From contig JAFXWC010000064.1 of assembly GCA_017534445.1 (NCBI GenBank), positions 14,769 to 78,768 of the forward strand: 64,000 bases of DNA, read 5' to 3'. The notes below the pieces were generated by a model. That model did not search any database. It was not told the origin of the DNA and worked only from the letters and a program-made list of their open reading frames with translations. The translations under genes and the position numbers were made by a program. This document shows positions 50,314 to 59,909 of this stretch, one piece after another. Within the stretch, counting starts at the first letter, position 1. Each line of letters opens with the position of its first letter. This DNA is from Treponema sp. GTDB taxonomy: Bacteria > Spirochaetota > Spirochaetia > Treponematales > Treponemataceae.

Positions 50314-51180
50314 ATGGAAGCTGCAAAGACTTTTACACCTGTTTATGATGACGAAAATGTTTTGAACCTCTATCTTAAGGAAATCAACAAGATTCCGCTG
50401 CTTTCTCGCGAAGAAGAAAATGAGCTTGCGCTAAAGGCTAAGGCTGGCGACAAGGCTGCAAAAGACAAGATTGTTAGTGCAAACTTGCGCTTTGTTGTGA
50501 ATGTTGCAAAGAAGTACCAGAGCCACGGTCTTGACCTTACGGATTTGATAAGCGAAGGAAACATTGGCCTTTTGACTGCAATAGACCACTTTGACGTGGA
50601 AAAGGGCTACCACTTTATTTCTTATGCTGTTTGGTGGATTCGCCAGGCAATTCTTAAGGCCATCTGCGAAAAGAGCCGTGCCATCCGCTTGCCGCTCAAC
50701 AGGGCAAACGAGCTTGTTCAGATAGAAAAGACCCGCAAGGCTATTGGCCACAAAAAGAACGAGGACAGTGAATTCCGTGAGATTGGCAAGATGCTGGGAA
50801 TGTCTCCAAGCCATGTACGTGAGCTTGTAAACCTGGGCCGCGACATGATAAGCCTTGATGCCCGCATTGCTGGGGATGACACCGGCAGGAATACCGTTGC
50901 TGATTTTATAGAAGACACATATTACGCTTCTCCTGACTACCAGGCAATCAACAATTCCATGAAGGATGACATAGACAGCGTTCTTAACACGCTTAAGCCA
51001 AAGGAAGCAAAGGTTTTGCGTCTGCGCTACGGTCTTGGCGGCGGTCGTCCAATGTCTCTTAAGGAAGTGGGTGATGCCTGCAACCTTACCAAAGAAAGGA
51101 TCCGCCAGATAGAAAAGCGTGCCCTTGTGCGTATGCAGAACCCAGCCCGCATGAGTAGACTCGAATCCTACGTGGCTTAA
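50314..51180 (+). CDS. Short RpoD/RpoS-family sigma factor lacking region 1.1
   Basis: YLKEI..IPLL, NLRFVV.VAKKY, F.SYAVWWIRQ, IRLP, ERIRQIE; AGGAG RBS favours the ATG at 50314. Confidence 0.9.
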   Translation: MEAAKTFTPVYDDENVLNLYLKEINKIPLLSREEENELALKAKAGDKAAKDKIVSANLRFVVNVAKKYQSHGLDLTDLISEGNIGLLTAIDHFDVEKGYHFISYAVWWIRQAILKAICEKSRAIRLPLNRANELVQIEKTRKAIGHKKNEDSEFREIGKMLGMSPSHVRELVNLGRDMISLDARIAGDDTGRNTVADFIEDTYYASPDYQAINNSMKDDIDSVLNTLKPKEAKVLRLRYGLGGGRPMSLKEVGDACNLTKERIRQIEKRALVRMQNPARMSRLESYVA

Positions 51181-51214
51181 AAAAAATTCCTCTTTGCAGG
51201 GTGCTTGAGACAGA

Positions 51215-51424
51215 GCCTAGCCCCGATTGGAAGGGCCGCGAAGCGGTTGCCGTTAGGCAATGGAGCGCTAGCGGAACCCTGGAAAGCGGGTAAAAATGCC
51301 CTCCTTGGCATTTTTACCCGCAAGTTTTCTTCCGAAAACTTGCCCATGTAAATGGAAAACAGATGACGCACCCTCCATGGTGCTGCTTGTTTGCGGTATA
51401 TTGAAAATGCCAAGGAGTTTACCC
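51215..51424 (+). repeat. Repeat family 1, copy F with a 3' extension of about 130 bp
   Basis: Core 51215-51290; extension homologous to the reverse complement of 59237-59366. Confidence 0.8.
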
Positions 51425-51558
51425 GGACACGGAGTGACGGGTACAGTTTTACCATTAAGCTTGCTCCAAAAGAAAAAAATATTTACCCTCAATAGAATAG
51501 AAAGAAAAGCCGCTTTCTGATATAATGAATCCGCTGATTTTATTAACAGGAGACAGAT

Positions 51559-54500
51559 TTGGCGGACATACATATTTTTCCGGAAGCCCCGGAAGGAACA
51601 CCGGAGAGTGACTTTGTTCACCTGCACGTGCATTCGGACTATTCGCTTTTGGACGGTGCTTCAAAGCTGGACACGCTGATTGCAAAGGCAAAGCGGCTGA
51701 ACATGAAGGCCCTTGCGCTTACAGACCACGGCAACATGTTTGGCGTTCTGAACTTTGAGCATATCTGTCATGCTAATGGCATAAACCCTGTGTGCGGCGA
51801 GGAATTTTACGTTGCATACAAGGACCACACGGAAAAAACAGACATTCCTTTTGGCCGGAACGGTCATCATGCCCACAACTTTCACCTTATCCTGCTTTGC
51901 AAAAATCAGACCGGCTACAAGAACATGTGCTGGCTTTCTTCCATTGCTTTTCAGGAAGGCCTTTACTACGGCAAACCCCGCATAGACTTTGAGCTTTTAA
52001 AGCGCTACCACGAAGGTATAATCTGCCTTTCTGCCTGTATTCAGGGGGAAATTCCCCAGCTTTTGATGAACGGACGCACGGAAGAGGCCTACCAGGTTGC
52101 AAAGGAATACAAGGAACTTTTTGGGGCGGACCATTACTATATAGAAATCCAGAGCCACGGTTTGGAAGACCAGATTAAGGTTGCGCCTCTTTTGGTAAAG
52201 CTTGCAAAGGACCTGGACATCCCCATTGTCCTTACAAACGACGTTCACTATGCAAACCAGGATGATGCCGAAGCCCAGGATGCCCTGCGCTGCATTGGAT
52301 TCAAGAAGCTTTTGGATGAACCCCACCAAAAGATGGGCGGTGACCAGAACATTGCAGAATGGTACCTTAAAACTGCGGACGAGATGAAGAAAATCTTTCC
52401 CCAGTGGCCAGAGGCTGTTGAAAATACAAAGAAAATCGCGGCCATGTGCGACCTTACGATTCACCAGTACAAGACCCAGGAACTTAAGGACTGCCTTCCC
52501 CGCTTTGAGCTGCCTGCCGAATTCCGCACCCATGGTGATGACTACAAATCCGACCAAGATGACTACATGCGCTACATCGTAGAAGAGGGGCTTAAGAAGC
52601 GCTACAAGGAGATTACCCCGGAAATCCGTGAGCGTGTTGAATATGAACTTGGAATCATCTTTAAGATGGGTTTTTCCGGCTACTTTTTGATTGTTTGGGA
52701 ATTCATCAACTGGTCCAAGTCTACCTATGACAATGTGAACAAAATTCCCAAGCCTTACATTCCTATTGGGCCGGGACGTGGTTCGGGTGCAGGTTCCGTA
52801 GTTGCCTACTGCATGACCATTACGGACATTGACCCCTTCCGCTACAAGCTGATTTTTGAACGCTTTTTGAATCCTGAACGCGTTTCCATGCCGGACTTTG
52901 ACGTTGACATGGACTTCGACTACAGGCAGGACATTATCCAGCATACCCGTGATCTTTACGGTGACCCCCAGGTTGGCCACATTGTTACATTTGGAACCCT
53001 AAAGCCAAAGAACTGTATTGCAGACGTTGGACGCGTGCTTAACATTCCGCTTAACGAAGTTGCAATGCTAAAGAAGTGCATTCCCGACAACCCCAAGGCC
53101 AAGCTTAAGGATGCCTTTACTCCGCCGGACGAAAAACACCCGGACAACGGGCAGCTTATTCCCTACAAGGACGACCCAAAGTACAAGAGGCTTTTTGAAC
53201 TTGCGTCCAAGCTTGAGGGCGTTAACCGCAACACGGGTCTCCATGCTTCGGGTATGGTAATTGGTCTTACCGCCTTGCCGGACTGGGCACCTGTATTCAA
53301 GGACCCAAAGACCGGGGAAGTTGGCGTTCAGTATACAATGGATATAATTGAGCCCTGCGGTCTTGTAAAGATGGACTACCTTGGGCTAAAGACGCTTTCC
53401 CTTATCCGCTATGCAGAGAACATAATCAACAAGCACAAGAAGGAAGGGGAGCCTGATTTTGTTACCGCAAACGTAAGCGAGTCTGACGAAAAGACCTTTG
53501 ACCTTTTCTGCCGGGGAGACACGGTTGCAGTCTTCCAGTTTGAATCTCCGGGTATGCAGAAGATTTTGCGCCAGGCACAGCCCAGACGCTTGGAAGAACT
53601 TGTCGCCTTGAACGCGCTTTACCGCCCCGGCCCAATGGATTACATTCCCCAGTATATTGAAGGAAAGTGGCATCCGGAGACAATCCATTACCCGGACCCC
53701 TGCCTTGAGGATATCCTAAAGGAAACATACGGTGTTATGGTTTACCAGGAGCAGATTATGCAGGTAAGCCAGAAGATTGCAGGGTTCAGCCTGGGTGCGG
53801 CAGACATGCTCCGACGCGCCATGGGTAAGAAGAAGCCTGAAGTCCTTATGGGAAAAAAGAAGGACTTTGAAGAAGGTGCAATCAAGAACGGCTTTACCAA
53901 GGAACACGCAGACGAAATTTTTGAAATAATGGTTCCTTTTGCGGGCTACGGCTTTAACAAGAGCCATGCGGCGGCGTATTCTGTTGTTGCATACCGCACC
54001 GGTTACCTAAAGGCCCACAAGCCTGCTGAATTTATGGCGGCAAACCTTACCAACGAAATTACTTCTACGGATACGCTGCCTGTTTATATTGAAGAAGCTC
54101 GCAAGATGGGCATTCCGGTGGACGCTCCTGATGTTAACCGCTCAGACGTAATATTTGACGTAGTCAACGGACACATAGTCTTTGGCCTTAAGGGAATCAA
54201 GGGCATGGGAGAGGGTGCTGCAAGTGCTATTGTAAAGGAGCGTGAGGCAAACGGCCCTTTCAAGTCTTTTGACGACTTTATTTCGCGCATAAGTTTCCAG
54301 GAAGTTAACAAGAGGGCAATAGAAGTTCTTATAAAAACCGGTGGATTTGACAAGCTGGACAAGAACAGGGCAACCCTAATCCTTAACTACGAAAAAGCCA
54401 TTCAGTATGAAGAAAAGAAGCGTCTTGGCAGCGACAGCGGTCAGGCTTCTCTCTTTGAAGATGCCGGCATAAAGGAATTTGCTGACTTTAAGTATGAAGA

Positions 54501-55212
54501 AGTTGAAGAAATGCCCAAGATGGAGCTTCTTAATATAGAAAAGGAACTGATTGGCTGCTACGTTTCGGGGCATCCACTGGACGAATGGAGGCACGCCATA
54601 GAAAAATGTGCTACAATCTCCAGCGAGAACATAGAAAAGGCTGGCAAGGAAGACAAGGCGGAAAAAGCAGCTCTTGAAGCTAGCGGAAGAAAGCCCTGGC
54701 AGATGAAGAACACAGGAAGAAGCTATGTTGCCATTGGAATGATTCAGGGTCTTAGGCAGATACTTACAAAGAAGGGCGACCAGATGTGCTTTGCCAAGCT
54801 TGCAGACTTTAAGGGTACAATAGACATTACCTTCTTCCCAAAGACATGGGAGCAGCTAAAGGACAAGATTCAGGATGAAGGTGTATACGCCTTTAAGGGC
54901 AAGGTTGACGGTTCTAGGGAAACACCAAGCCTGCTTGTGGACACAATGGAAGACCCCAAGGCTCTTGAAGCAAAGTCTATTTCTGCCGTACACATAAAGA
55001 TGCGGGAGGATTTTTCTTCCATGAAAGAAATAAGCCCTTTGCGGGATTTTTTATTTGGCGCAAACGGCAATTGTGTAGTATATTTTCATATAAGCGTAAA
55101 TGGGGCTCCTTTTACGGTAAAAGCAAACCAGCAGATGCAGGTTCCTTCCAATTCTGATTTTATACAGTCTTTGAAGGATCAAAACCTTGTGGAAGATGTC
55201 TGGTGTGAATAA
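51559..55212 (+). CDS. dnaE: DNA polymerase III alpha subunit
   Basis: FVHLHVHSDYSLLDG PHP domain, GPGRGSGAGS, PDFDVD, YGFNKSHAAAY; TTG start with AGGAG RBS. Confidence 0.97.
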   Translation: MADIHIFPEAPEGTPESDFVHLHVHSDYSLLDGASKLDTLIAKAKRLNMKALALTDHGNMFGVLNFEHICHANGINPVCGEEFYVAYKDHTEKTDIPFGRNGHHAHNFHLILLCKNQTGYKNMCWLSSIAFQEGLYYGKPRIDFELLKRYHEGIICLSACIQGEIPQLLMNGRTEEAYQVAKEYKELFGADHYYIEIQSHGLEDQIKVAPLLVKLAKDLDIPIVLTNDVHYANQDDAEAQDALRCIGFKKLLDEPHQKMGGDQNIAEWYLKTADEMKKIFPQWPEAVENTKKIAAMCDLTIHQYKTQELKDCLPRFELPAEFRTHGDDYKSDQDDYMRYIVEEGLKKRYKEITPEIRERVEYELGIIFKMGFSGYFLIVWEFINWSKSTYDNVNKIPKPYIPIGPGRGSGAGSVVAYCMTITDIDPFRYKLIFERFLNPERVSMPDFDVDMDFDYRQDIIQHTRDLYGDPQVGHIVTFGTLKPKNCIADVGRVLNIPLNEVAMLKKCIPDNPKAKLKDAFTPPDEKHPDNGQLIPYKDDPKYKRLFELASKLEGVNRNTGLHASGMVIGLTALPDWAPVFKDPKTGEVGVQYTMDIIEPCGLVKMDYLGLKTLSLIRYAENIINKHKKEGEPDFVTANVSESDEKTFDLFCRGDTVAVFQFESPGMQKILRQAQPRRLEELVALNALYRPGPMDYIPQYIEGKWHPETIHYPDPCLEDILKETYGVMVYQEQIMQVSQKIAGFSLGAADMLRRAMGKKKPEVLMGKKKDFEEGAIKNGFTKEHADEIFEIMVPFAGYGFNKSHAAAYSVVAYRTGYLKAHKPAEFMAANLTNEITSTDTLPVYIEEARKMGIPVDAPDVNRSDVIFDVVNGHIVFGLKGIKGMGEGAASAIVKEREANGPFKSFDDFISRISFQEVNKRAIEVLIKTGGFDKLDKNRATLILNYEKAIQYEEKKRLGSDSGQASLFEDAGIKEFADFKYEEVEEMPKMELLNIEKELIGCYVSGHPLDEWRHAIEKCATISSENIEKAGKEDKAEKAALEASGRKPWQMKNTGRSYVAIGMIQGLRQILTKKGDQMCFAKLADFKGTIDITFFPKTWEQLKDKIQDEGVYAFKGKVDGSRETPSLLVDTMEDPKALEAKSISAVHIKMREDFSSMKEISPLRDFLFGANGNCVVYFHISVNGAPFTVKANQQMQVPSNSDFIQSLKDQNLVEDVWCE

Positions 55213-55244
55213 AAATTAAATAAAAATTGATTTAAGAGGTTTGT

Positions 55245-55838
55245 ATGCCAAGAACAATATTTTCTATAGTATCCTTTGTTGTTTCTGTTTATGCGCTAAT
55301 GTGCTTTTTGCGCATACTGCTAACATGGGTTCCATCCCTTTCCTACAGCCGCTTTTCGCGCTTTTTGGGTAAGATTTGCGACCCTTACCTGAACATTTTC
55401 CGTGGAATCAAGTGGCTAAGGCTGGGCAGCTTTGACTTTTCTGCCGCACTGGGCTTGTGCATACTGGGTGTTCTTGCCACCATGCTTTCAAGTTTTGCGG
55501 GAAGGACTGCAATCACACCGGCTCATGTAGTTCAGATGATTCTTCAGCTTGCATGGTCAGTCATTACTTCAATCATAACCTTCCTTATCATCATCCTTGC
55601 GGTAAGGCTTATAGTTCTTTTTGTGCGTAAGGGTCAGTATTATTCAAGCCCCATACTTGACCAGATAGACGCTTCAATTTCTCCCCTTGTCTACAACATA
55701 GCTAGAACCTTTACCGCCGGAAAGAAAGTTAGCTACACAACGGCACTTATAATAGCGATAATTGCCCTGGCCGCAATAATTATCCTTGGTTCCATAGCAG
55801 TTTTCCTTATTTCTGGAATACTGGCAGGTATTTCCTGA
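55245..55838 (+). CDS. YggT-family membrane protein
   Basis: RILLTW.P, I.DPYL..FR, DFS. Confidence 0.85.
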   Translation: MPRTIFSIVSFVVSVYALMCFLRILLTWVPSLSYSRFSRFLGKICDPYLNIFRGIKWLRLGSFDFSAALGLCILGVLATMLSSFAGRTAITPAHVVQMILQLAWSVITSIITFLIIILAVRLIVLFVRKGQYYSSPILDQIDASISPLVYNIARTFTAGKKVSYTTALIIAIIALAAIIILGSIAVFLISGILAGIS

Positions 55839-55847
55839 TAAAAACGG

Positions 55848-58088
55848 ATGAAGCTTTCCGAACTGGGAATTCCGCTAGAAAGTCTTGCGGGTGTTGGAAA
55901 ATCAAAGGCATCTCTTTTTAGCCGGTTGAACATCTTTACCGTTGGCGACCTTTTGGGAACCTATCCCCGTGACTGGGAAGACAGGACAAAGGCATGCACC
56001 CTTAGCCAATACGCCCAGAACTACGGAAAGGTTCACACTGTATGCAAGGTTATTGCCCACGACTTTTTTGGCTACGGCAAGATGAAGACCCTAAAAATAG
56101 CCGTGACCGATGGAAGTTCAAACGCATTCCTTATTGCATTTAACCGTCCATTTTTGCAAAAATCACTGCCGGAAGGAAGCATAATAAGCGTAACAGGCAA
56201 ATTTGAACTTAGGTACAATACGCTGCAGGCATCATCTTTTGAAGCAGAACGGCTTGCCTATTCGGGGGAACTTGCAGACTGGCAGGACAAACCCATACCC
56301 GGAAGCGGAGTTTTGCCGGTTTACCCGCTCACAGAAGGCATAACGCAAAAAATTTACCGCAAGATTGTTGCATCAGCATTGCAGCAGTACGGAAAGTCTT
56401 TGGAAGATGATTTACCCGCTTTGATAATCCAGGAGCGGAAGCTTTTGCACAAGACACAAGCGCTGGCTTTTATTCATCAGCCCAAGGACATAAGCCAGGT
56501 TCTTCTTGCAAGGCGTACCCTCATTTACGAAGAGCTTTATTTTTTTGAATACAAGATGGCAGAGCACACCCTTCGCCACAGGGGCAGCCTTCCTTCTATA
56601 GAACAAGCGGCGGTTTTTGATGCTGCCAAGAATTCTTCTGCGGAAGAAAAAGCAGGTCTTGCACAAGGCATTCCAAGCGCAGCCTCTTATTTTTCAACAC
56701 CGGATGTAAGCAAAAGTGAATTTATGGAATCCCTTTCCCCCAAGCAAAAGCTGCTTGTAGAAAGGCTTCCCTTTGAATTTACCCAGGGGCAGATGGCGGC
56801 AATTTTCCAGATGAACCGCGACATAGACAAAAGCCAGGACGAACTTAACACCCTAAAAAACAGACCGGACGCTTTGGAAAAACAACCATTTTCCATGCAG
56901 AGGCTCTTGCAGGGAGATGTTGGTTCTGGAAAGACCCTAGTTTCCTTTATGCTTTGCCTTAGAACCATAGACTACGGCGGACAGTGCGCACTTATGGCAC
57001 CAACGGAACTTCTTGCAAGACAGCATGCCGAAAACGCAGCCAGCTTGCTTGAGCCAATCGGAGTAAAAGTTGCCTTTCTTACCGGAAACCTTAAGGCGGC
57101 AGGAAGACAGGCTTTGCTTAACGCCCTAAAAGACGGAAGCGTAAACTTTGTAGTGGGAACACACGCGCTTTTTAGCCGCAACATCCAGTACGCAAACCTT
57201 CAGCTTGCGGTAATAGACGAGCAGCACCGCTTTGGAGTTACCCAGAGGGAATCAATACTTGCAAAGGGACGCATCTCTTCTGGCGAATACAGCCACACGC
57301 CAGACCTTCTTATGATGAGCGCAACACCTATCCCGCAGACGCTTGCCCTAACCGCATTTGGAGACTTGGACGTAAGCACAATACACAGCATGCCGCAGGG
57401 AAGGCTTCCGGTAAAGACCTACCTTAGCGTTATGGGAAACGAAAGGAATGCCTACGAAGCAGTACGCAAAGAGCTTATGGCTGGCCACCAGGCATATTTT
57501 GTATACCCAAGAATCGGGGAAGACGAGCCTTTGGAGCAAAATGGAACAGAAAACCAGGGCAACCTAAAGTCCGCACAGGAAATGTTCAATTTTCTTTCCA
57601 AAGAAGTCTATCCTACATTCAAGTGTGCGCTTGTGCACAGCAAGGTGGAAGAAGAAGAAAGCCGTCAGATTCTTGAAGACTTTAGGCAGAACAAGATACA
57701 GGTTCTGGTTGCAACAACGGTTGTGGAAGTTGGCGTGGACGTGCCGAATGCAACATGCATCGTAATAGAGCACGCAGACAGGTTTGGGCTTGCAGAACTT
57801 CACCAGCTTAGGGGTAGGGTTGGAAGAAACAGTCTGCAAAGCTATTGTTTCCTTATCTACGGAAAAAACATTACCCAAGTAGGAATTGAGCGTCTAAAAG
57901 CCCTGCACCAGACAAACGACGGCTTTAAAATAGCAGAAGAAGACCTAAGGCTCCGTGGCCCGGGAGAAGTTTCGGGAACAGCCCAGTCAGGCTACCTGAC
58001 GCTTGGAATTGCAGATTTGGCCCGCGACAAAGACATTCTTATGCAGGCCCGTTACGATTCGTTTGAAATGCTAAGGCGTTCAAGCTAA
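55848..58088 (+). CDS. recG: ATP-dependent DNA helicase RecG
   Basis: RLLQGDVGSGKT, MAPTELLA.QH, IDEQHRFG, MSATPIP, LHQLRGRVGR, DLRLRGPG. Confidence 0.97.
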   Translation: MKLSELGIPLESLAGVGKSKASLFSRLNIFTVGDLLGTYPRDWEDRTKACTLSQYAQNYGKVHTVCKVIAHDFFGYGKMKTLKIAVTDGSSNAFLIAFNRPFLQKSLPEGSIISVTGKFELRYNTLQASSFEAERLAYSGELADWQDKPIPGSGVLPVYPLTEGITQKIYRKIVASALQQYGKSLEDDLPALIIQERKLLHKTQALAFIHQPKDISQVLLARRTLIYEELYFFEYKMAEHTLRHRGSLPSIEQAAVFDAAKNSSAEEKAGLAQGIPSAASYFSTPDVSKSEFMESLSPKQKLLVERLPFEFTQGQMAAIFQMNRDIDKSQDELNTLKNRPDALEKQPFSMQRLLQGDVGSGKTLVSFMLCLRTIDYGGQCALMAPTELLARQHAENAASLLEPIGVKVAFLTGNLKAAGRQALLNALKDGSVNFVVGTHALFSRNIQYANLQLAVIDEQHRFGVTQRESILAKGRISSGEYSHTPDLLMMSATPIPQTLALTAFGDLDVSTIHSMPQGRLPVKTYLSVMGNERNAYEAVRKELMAGHQAYFVYPRIGEDEPLEQNGTENQGNLKSAQEMFNFLSKEVYPTFKCALVHSKVEEEESRQILEDFRQNKIQVLVATTVVEVGVDVPNATCIVIEHADRFGLAELHQLRGRVGRNSLQSYCFLIYGKNITQVGIERLKALHQTNDGFKIAEEDLRLRGPGEVSGTAQSGYLTLGIADLARDKDILMQARYDSFEMLRRSS

Positions 58089-58090
58089 AA

Positions 58091-59128
58091 TCATATTGTC
58101 CAGTCAAAGTCACCGCTTACAATAACATCCTTGTGCCCCTTAACAATCTGCCCAATCACGTAAGCGTTTATCTTGTTTTTCTTCATGTGCTTGATTATGT
58201 CTTCTGCATGTTCCTTCTTTGCAACAACCGTAAGGCCAACCCCAAGGTTAAAGGTTCTGAGCATTTCTTTTTCCGAAACATTTGCAGTCTTTTTTATCAA
58301 TTTAAAAATATCCAGAATCTGGTATTTTGAAGCATCAATGCTTGCAGAAAGATTGTCCGGCAGAATGCGGTTAAGGTTTTCGCAAATACCGCCGCCTGTA
58401 ATGTGGGCAAGACCCGTTATCCAGTTTGTAGGGAACAAATCCTTTAGTGCCTTGTAGTAGCACCTGTGCGGTTCCAAAATAACATCGATGAATTTTTTCT
58501 TCCCGATTTTTGCATCCATAATCTGGGGGTATTTTTTCATCACCTTTCTTACAAGAGTGTAACCGTTCGTGTGGATTCCGCTTGATTCAAGAGAAATTAC
58601 TACGTTGCCTTCTTTGATTTTTGAACCGTCTATGATTTTGCTTTTTTCTACAATGCCAACAATGCTGGAGGTTAGAATATATGTGCCTGCTTTTAGAACG
58701 CCGGGCTGCTCAGAAGTTTCGCCTCCTGTAAGCACACATTCCTGCTTCTTGCATGCGTCTGCAACAGACTTTACAATTTTGTTTATGTCTTCCTTATTCA
58801 TCTTTCCGCAGATGATTGCATCCTGAACCGTAAGCGGTCTTGCACCCATAACGATGCAGTCGTTTATAAGATGATTTATCATGTCGTAGGAAACGTTTTC
58901 CAGCTTACCGTATTGGGCTGCCAAAAGCTGCTTTGAACCTGGCTCCTCTGTCTTTAAAACAAGAACCGGATTTTTGTACTCCTTAAATTTGATGTCGTAC
59001 AAAGAAGAAAATGCGCCAATTTTATTCAGCACCCTTTCGTTGTCTGTATTCAAGGCCTTAGCCATTGCTTTTTTTGTCTCGTTTGCCAAGTCAATGTTAA
59101 CATCATACTTAAGATTTTTTTTCATCAT
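58091..59128 (-). CDS. purM: Phosphoribosylformylglycinamidine cyclo-ligase
   Basis: NDC...GA.PL, GGETSE.PG, SSG.HTNGY, AHITGGG..ENL.R, TFNLGVG. Confidence 0.93.
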   Translation of the reverse strand: MMKKNLKYDVNIDLANETKKAMAKALNTDNERVLNKIGAFSSLYDIKFKEYKNPVLVLKTEEPGSKQLLAAQYGKLENVSYDMINHLINDCIVMGARPLTVQDAIICGKMNKEDINKIVKSVADACKKQECVLTGGETSEQPGVLKAGTYILTSSIVGIVEKSKIIDGSKIKEGNVVISLESSGIHTNGYTLVRKVMKKYPQIMDAKIGKKKFIDVILEPHRCYYKALKDLFPTNWITGLAHITGGGICENLNRILPDNLSASIDASKYQILDIFKLIKKTANVSEKEMLRTFNLGVGLTVVAKKEHAEDIIKHMKKNKINAYVIGQIVKGHKDVIVSGDFDWTI

Positions 59129-59236
59129 TCGTCTCCATTTGCGGTCTTAGGCTTAATTTCCATTATACAATAATTTAAAGCTCTTGCAAGCTAAAGCACA
59201 TTCTTCTTTAAATCCTTCTCTGGAGCAGTCTGAATG

Positions 59237-59438
59237 GTTAAACTGCCCTTGCCATTTTTTCCGTCAAACAAGCAGCGCCATGGAGGGCGCGTCGTTTGTT
59301 AGCATAAGAGGTTGCGGATTTTCGGCAGAAAACCGTGATAAAAAATGGCAGGGAGGCCATTTTTATCGGGCTTTCCGGGGCTTGCCCTCTCGGCCGGTGC
59401 TGCGCACGCGCTACGCGCCCCCTCCAATCCCGGCTAGG
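59237..59438 (-). repeat. Repeat family 1, copy G with 3' extension
   Basis: Reverse-complement core CCTAGCCGGG-ATTGG-AGGGG...CCCC-GGAAAG-CCCG, plus an extension like copy F. Confidence 0.8.
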
Positions 59439-59507
59439 CTTTATTTGCAGAATATAGAAAACTCGGTGCGTAAACTTGCGGTTGAGGTTTATATATTTCA
59501 GTTCATC

Positions 59508-59773
59508 TCATACTGCCAGTACACAAGATTCGTTATAGTAAGGAATCAAAGAGTCATGTGTCATCTTCATAAATAATCCTCAAACATATCGCTCACGTCA
59601 TCATCAAACGCATTGATGTCCTTGGGGTACTGCCACTTCCCTTCGGCAAGCCCCGGTGTGATTTTTCTATTTGAAGGCAGATTTTCTGTGGAAAGAGCGT
59701 TTACCTTGTAAGAAAGTAAATCGAAGAAAGCATTGATTTCGTCAAAGTTTTCCCCGGATTTGCCCATTTCCAA
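59508..59773 (-). pseudogene. Decayed vapBC: 5'-truncated antitoxin (59567-59773) plus a 20-codon PIN toxin remnant (59508-59570)
   Basis: Antitoxin C-terminus PGLAEGK...FDDDVSDMFEDYL overlaps (ATGA) MKMTHDSLIPYYNESCVLAV, which resembles a VapC C-terminus. Confidence 0.65.
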
Positions 59774-59876
59774 AAATCGGTGCGTAAACTCACCGAAATT
59801 TGCTCAAATTCGTAAATTTTCCTTAAAATTGGTGGGTAAAACTCACTGGAATTGTTTTTGGGGACGGGGGTATAAT
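59770..59876 (+). repeat. 106/107-bp promoter-bearing direct repeat, copy 1
   Basis: Near-identical to 61399-61504; ends in TATAAT. Confidence 0.9.
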
Positions 59877-59909
59877 TAGGCTTAAGATTAATTCAACAAG
59901 GAGCAATTT

